Source: a bacterium (GTDB lineage Bacteria > Patescibacteriota > Minisyncoccia > UBA6257 > 02-FULL-45-10c). From it: a stretch of DNA of 63,434 bases. The notes beneath the pieces were generated by a model, which saw only the letters and a list, made by a program, of their open reading frames with translations, did no database searches and had not been told where the DNA came from. Both the position numbers and the translations under genes were made by a program. Position 1 is the first letter of the stretch. Each line of letters begins with the position of its first letter. The stretch covers positions 1 to 63,434 of the forward strand of contig JAUSKT010000001.1 of assembly GCA_030646915.1 (NCBI GenBank), read 5' to 3'. Of the stretch, positions 60,122 to 63,434 are shown one piece after another.

Positions 60122-61174
60122 TTATTCAGTATAAAATTCTTTCCAAAAACGTATCATCCGTACCGACTTCGGTTGTAAATCTTTTGGATATGGCAAACCA
60201 AGAGATTTTAAAATAGTAAAAAATAACAAGTCAACTCCGGCTCCTGTATTAGCGGCAACAGTCGCAGAAATACGTGGATTAATTTCGTATACCCGAGGCA
60301 ATCCTTCGTCGGAATATTTCAATTGAACGTTGAAAATAGAATCAAATTTAAATAATCTCGCGATCTCTTTAACATAAGCTTCAACTTCAGGATTTTTCTT
60401 AAATAATGCTTCTTGCGAATGTCCTGGGAGCGGGGCTACCCTCACTCTGGGCAAAATATAAACCGATTCGCCATTTTCCGCCAATCCATCTACGCTATAC
60501 TCCTCGCCAGAAAGATATTCCATAACCACAGTTTCCGGAAAGTGTGATGTCTTCTTAATTTGCTCAACAAGAGAATCGAGCGTAATAAATGGTATGCCCT
60601 TAGCATTTAATAAATCTTTGCTAAAATCTTCTTTTACTAACCAAACACCGCGATTTCCGCCCCCCGCAAATGCCGGTTTAAAAATTACTGTCTTCCTCGG
60701 ATAACCGAGGAGTTTGACAGCGTTAATAAGTTCCTCAATAGAAGATGGGACTTGAAACTTAGGGGTGGGGAAACCTTTATCTTTTAAAAACTGCAACATT
60801 TTTGCTTTATCAAGCGCAGAATGGGTAATTTCATATGAAGAACATAATGAAGCCGCTCCGGCATCATTAATTCTGTCCTTATTTTTGGAAACTACCTCTA
60901 CTTCAAAATCAGAGTTGGGAACTACTACATCTATTTTTCGATTCCTTACTATATCAATCAAAGCATTAATAAAATTAGGGTCGGTTGCCGTAGGCACTTT
61001 AATTTGCTCATCTAATAATGGCAATTTATATTGATTTTCAGATGCATCCATGCCAACAATATAAAAATTATATTGGGTATTGGATTTAAGATTTTCTAAT
61101 CTCCCTAAATTAATGGAGCCTCTGGACGCACCTAATAAAACTCGAATTTGTTTTTTATTATTATCTGTTAACAT
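60122..61174 (-). CDS. ATP-grasp domain protein
   Basis: VIFKPAFAGGGNRGVWLV...EYLSGEEYSVD...VYEINPR. Confidence 0.8.
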   Translation of the reverse strand: MLTDNNKKQIRVLLGASRGSINLGRLENLKSNTQYNFYIVGMDASENQYKLPLLDEQIKVPTATDPNFINALIDIVRNRKIDVVVPNSDFEVEVVSKNKDRINDAGAASLCSSYEITHSALDKAKMLQFLKDKGFPTPKFQVPSSIEELINAVKLLGYPRKTVIFKPAFAGGGNRGVWLVKEDFSKDLLNAKGIPFITLDSLVEQIKKTSHFPETVVMEYLSGEEYSVDGLAENGESVYILPRVRVAPLPGHSQEALFKKNPEVEAYVKEIARLFKFDSIFNVQLKYSDEGLPRVYEINPRISATVAANTGAGVDLLFFTILKSLGLPYPKDLQPKSVRMIRFWKEFYTE

Positions 61175-61204
61175 ACGCGTTTATTTTATAAATTATATAA
61201 CTAC

Positions 61205-62419
61205 CTACAAGGGAATTTGGATACTCTCCTTTTTGGGCGTAACTGGATTTTTAAGCCCCGAACCGTAATCGGCATAACGCTTCAATAAATTATAATCCTT
61301 ATCCCGTAAGAATTTTCCCTGCGCATCGGTCAAAAAAAGCGCTTTATTGGTGAAAGAATCGGTAATTTTATCAAATTCTTGCTGGGTCATTCCAAAATAT
61401 CCCAAACATTTCTTCACCGCTTTCCAGGGATACTTGCCGTCATATTTTTTGACTAATTTCACCGCATCTTCTCTTGCCAATCTGCCGTTCCGAATATCCG
61501 TGCAAGCGTGATCCGTCGCTCTGCCAAATCCGAATTTTACAAACTTCAGATAAGAATGGATGACTTCCAAATCTTCATCAAGTTTTTCATAATTGATATA
61601 GGTGCCTTCTACCGGCCCGTCTTCTTTTACTGAAAAACCGTATTTTTTCATCAAATCTACCTGGGGACGCGCATCCCACTTGAAATAATAACCGAGAAAA
61701 ACTCCTTTCACGCCAACATTTTTTAATTCTTCATCTGATGGATAAAAATAAGAAACCAAATCTTCTTTAGTAATGCCGTCATAACCTATCATATCCTCAA
61801 TGCGAAGACCTAAAAGCCCGCCAAATTCTTCTAACCAGCGGCGATCAAGCACATTTTTCATTCTGGAAACTTTCGGACCACCGTATTCCAATTGAGAATT
61901 CTCTCCCCAAATAATTAAAGGAATTTTCATTTGAACAGCAAGGCGGACTGGGACCGTAAAAATACCCAAGTGATTAGGCCATTCATTATCGCCGACATCA
62001 CGAAAACCGCGGAGACACATTTTTTTATAAACCTCCGGATTTTTTTCAAACACGATCATATCACAGCCAAACGCCTTCTTAATATTTTCCCGGTTTTTCA
62101 TACCGACATCATTCTTGGTAGTGACTTCAAAACTCACCAAAAGGGGGTTCATGCCATGAACTTTTTTTATCATATATGCCTGATAATAGCTGTCCTTCCC
62201 GCCGCTTACCGGAATGATACAGTCGTAATTTCCGGGATTTTTGCCTTTATACTTAGCCACTACCTCATTTTCAAATTCCTTCTTTCGGGATTCCCAATTG
62301 ATATTTTTTTTTAATTCTGCCGAGCGGCAAGCATCGCAAACACCTCCTTCGTCAAAAAAAAGGTCGGGTTTTGTATTTGGCATCACGCAATTATTGCAAT
62401 ATCTAAAAGTTATATCCAT
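61205..62419 (-). CDS. N-acetyl-sugar amidotransferase (PP-loop; WbuX/PseA-like)
   Basis: CNNCVMPNTKPDLFFDEGGVCDAC... and IPVSGGKDS. Confidence 0.85.
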   Translation of the reverse strand: MDITFRYCNNCVMPNTKPDLFFDEGGVCDACRSAELKKNINWESRKKEFENEVVAKYKGKNPGNYDCIIPVSGGKDSYYQAYMIKKVHGMNPLLVSFEVTTKNDVGMKNRENIKKAFGCDMIVFEKNPEVYKKMCLRGFRDVGDNEWPNHLGIFTVPVRLAVQMKIPLIIWGENSQLEYGGPKVSRMKNVLDRRWLEEFGGLLGLRIEDMIGYDGITKEDLVSYFYPSDEELKNVGVKGVFLGYYFKWDARPQVDLMKKYGFSVKEDGPVEGTYINYEKLDEDLEVIHSYLKFVKFGFGRATDHACTDIRNGRLAREDAVKLVKKYDGKYPWKAVKKCLGYFGMTQQEFDKITDSFTNKALFLTDAQGKFLRDKDYNLLKRYADYGSGLKNPVTPKKESIQIPL

Positions 62420-62424
62420 AATTT

Positions 62425-63174
62425 TTAAACTCTGGTTTCAACGCCGAATTTTGCAAGATATTCTTTAATATTAAGCGGTGTAGTTTGAGTATATTGAAAA
62501 ATACTTCCGGCGGCCACTGCCGATGCTTCTGCTTCTTTTACAACTTTTACAAAATCATCCAAGTTACCAGCGCCACCGCAAGCAATCACTGGAATTTTAA
62601 CCGCTCTAGTAACTGATTTAACTAGATCCAAATCATAACCATTCATCCTGCCATCTTCGTCAATGGAAGTAATTAAAATCTCTCCAGCGCCAAGTTTTTC
62701 AGCTTCTTTTGCCCACTCTTCCGGTTTCCGACCGACCCCAATCATTCCGCCATTTTTAAAAACTTCGTAATGATCATTAACTTTTTTAGCGTCAATTGAA
62801 ATAACTATACATTGGTTGCCAAATTTTTCCGCTGCTTCTGAAATAAATTCTGGTCTTTCTAAAGCGGCAGTGTTAATAGAAACTTTATCTGCTCCTAATT
62901 TCAAAAGGGTTCGGATATCTTGCAAAGTTTTAATTCCGCCGCCAATTGTTAATGGCATAAAGCATTCTTTGGTAAGTTCTTCCAGAAGCCAAGGTTTAAT
63001 GCCAGTCTTAGCAGCATCTAAATCTAAAACAATCATTTCATCTACATCCCGCGCATTAAATACGCGAACTGCCGCAATATAACTTCCAATATTGCGATGC
63101 TCCTTAAATTGAATGCTCTTTACTAATCGCAAATCTTTTATTGTAAGGCAGGGTATTACTCTTGTTTTAAGCAT
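62425..63174 (-). CDS. Imidazole-glycerol-phosphate-synthase cyclase-subunit homolog (HisF/WbuZ-like) of glycan loci
   Basis: RVIPCLTIKD...DEMIVLD...GGGIKT...IDEDGRMNGYD...ACGGAG. Confidence 0.88.
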   Translation of the reverse strand: MLKTRVIPCLTIKDLRLVKSIQFKEHRNIGSYIAAVRVFNARDVDEMIVLDLDAAKTGIKPWLLEELTKECFMPLTIGGGIKTLQDIRTLLKLGADKVSINTAALERPEFISEAAEKFGNQCIVISIDAKKVNDHYEVFKNGGMIGVGRKPEEWAKEAEKLGAGEILITSIDEDGRMNGYDLDLVKSVTRAVKIPVIACGGAGNLDDFVKVVKEAEASAVAAGSIFQYTQTTPLNIKEYLAKFGVETRV

Positions 63175-63195
63175 ACCAGGAAGTAGAAATGCGAC

Positions 63196-63434
63196 TTAAT
63201 TTTTCGACTTATTTTCATAAAAATATTCTTTAAGCATGCGCTTTAATAATCTGGCACCTTGACTAGATTTAAGATATTTTTCTCTTCGTCTAGCGTCTTG
63301 TTCGTTTCTATAAGCTTCATAATGAATAAGTTCCCAAGGCGCATATGGCTTGGTAGAAAAATTTAATTTATGATTATGTTCTTGAAATCTTTTTCTCAAA
63401 TCGGTTGTGAAACCTATATAGAGGTTGTTGTTTT
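63196..63434 (-). CDS. GIY-YIG nuclease-family small protein (5' end beyond window; the track ORF begins at an internal TTG)
   Basis: Extending the frame upstream gives KNNLYIGFTTDLRKRFQEHN..., the GIY-YIG core. Confidence 0.8.
   Translation of the reverse strand, partial: NNNLYIGFTTDLRKRFQEHNHKLNFSTKPYAPWELIHYEAYRNEQDARRREKYLKSSQGARLLKRMLKEYFYENKSKN

Overview
AT-rich, gene-dense window, almost entirely minus-strand coded. It looks like a small-genome Candidate Phyla Radiation / Patescibacteria-type bacterium. That placement is an inference from a solitary 16S rRNA gene interrupted by a LAGLIDADG-encoding intervening sequence, type IV pilus genes, split transketolase, a lamin-tail-domain giant surface protein and many tiny orphan ORFs.

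Gene order:
- 1-6.4 kb: type IV pilus locus (FN3-pilin, pilC, pilB, an embedded four-helix-bundle protein, major pilin, CheY-like regulator).
- 6.5-7.1 kb: small promoter/sRNA/RHH unit.
- 7.5-9.9 kb: unlinked 16S rRNA with an ~0.9 kb insertion in the decoding-centre sequence.
- 10.5-14.4 kb: small orphan ORFs plus rpmE and a domain-1-less prfA.
- 14.5-20.8 kb: lytic transglycosylase-like protein, L25, and a substrate-binding-protein / HAMP / PAS-histidine-kinase module.
- 20.9-33.5 kb: glycolysis and pentose-phosphate block (fba, pfkB-family kinase, split tkt, rpe, rpiB, gap), interrupted by a RelE toxin-antitoxin pair and a G+C-rich foreign gene.
- 36-41.3 kb: 1349-aa lipase/LTD/FN3 surface protein with a PaaX-like regulator flanked by two perfect palindromes.
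- 41.4-43.6 kb: redox genes (msrB, trxB, glutaredoxin-like).
- 43.7-63.4 kb: surface-glycan locus (priming transferase, flippase, O-antigen-ligase/TPR, GT4, NeuB/PseH-like, TPP enzyme, ATP-grasp, amidotransferase plus HisF-like).

I recognised no tRNA, CRISPR array, transposase or integrase.

Most interesting leads:
- The 16S 3' tail lacks CCUCC, and most genes lack a Shine-Dalgarno sequence.
- A two-copy ~135-nt non-coding element has compensatory stem changes (26952-27083 and 49563-49698).
- A G+C-rich palindromic element is inserted in frame in fba.
- Inverted AAGCTA/TAGCTT word blocks bracket the pilus cistrons, and a 5' module is duplicated between a pilin gene and the four-helix-bundle gene.
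- Paired compensated palindromes flank the PaaX-like gene.
- Heptanucleotide repeats sit inside two housekeeping CDSs.
- A methyltransferase contains an in-frame TAG.

All homology calls come from motif recognition by eye, and G+C statements are visual estimates. No searches were run.
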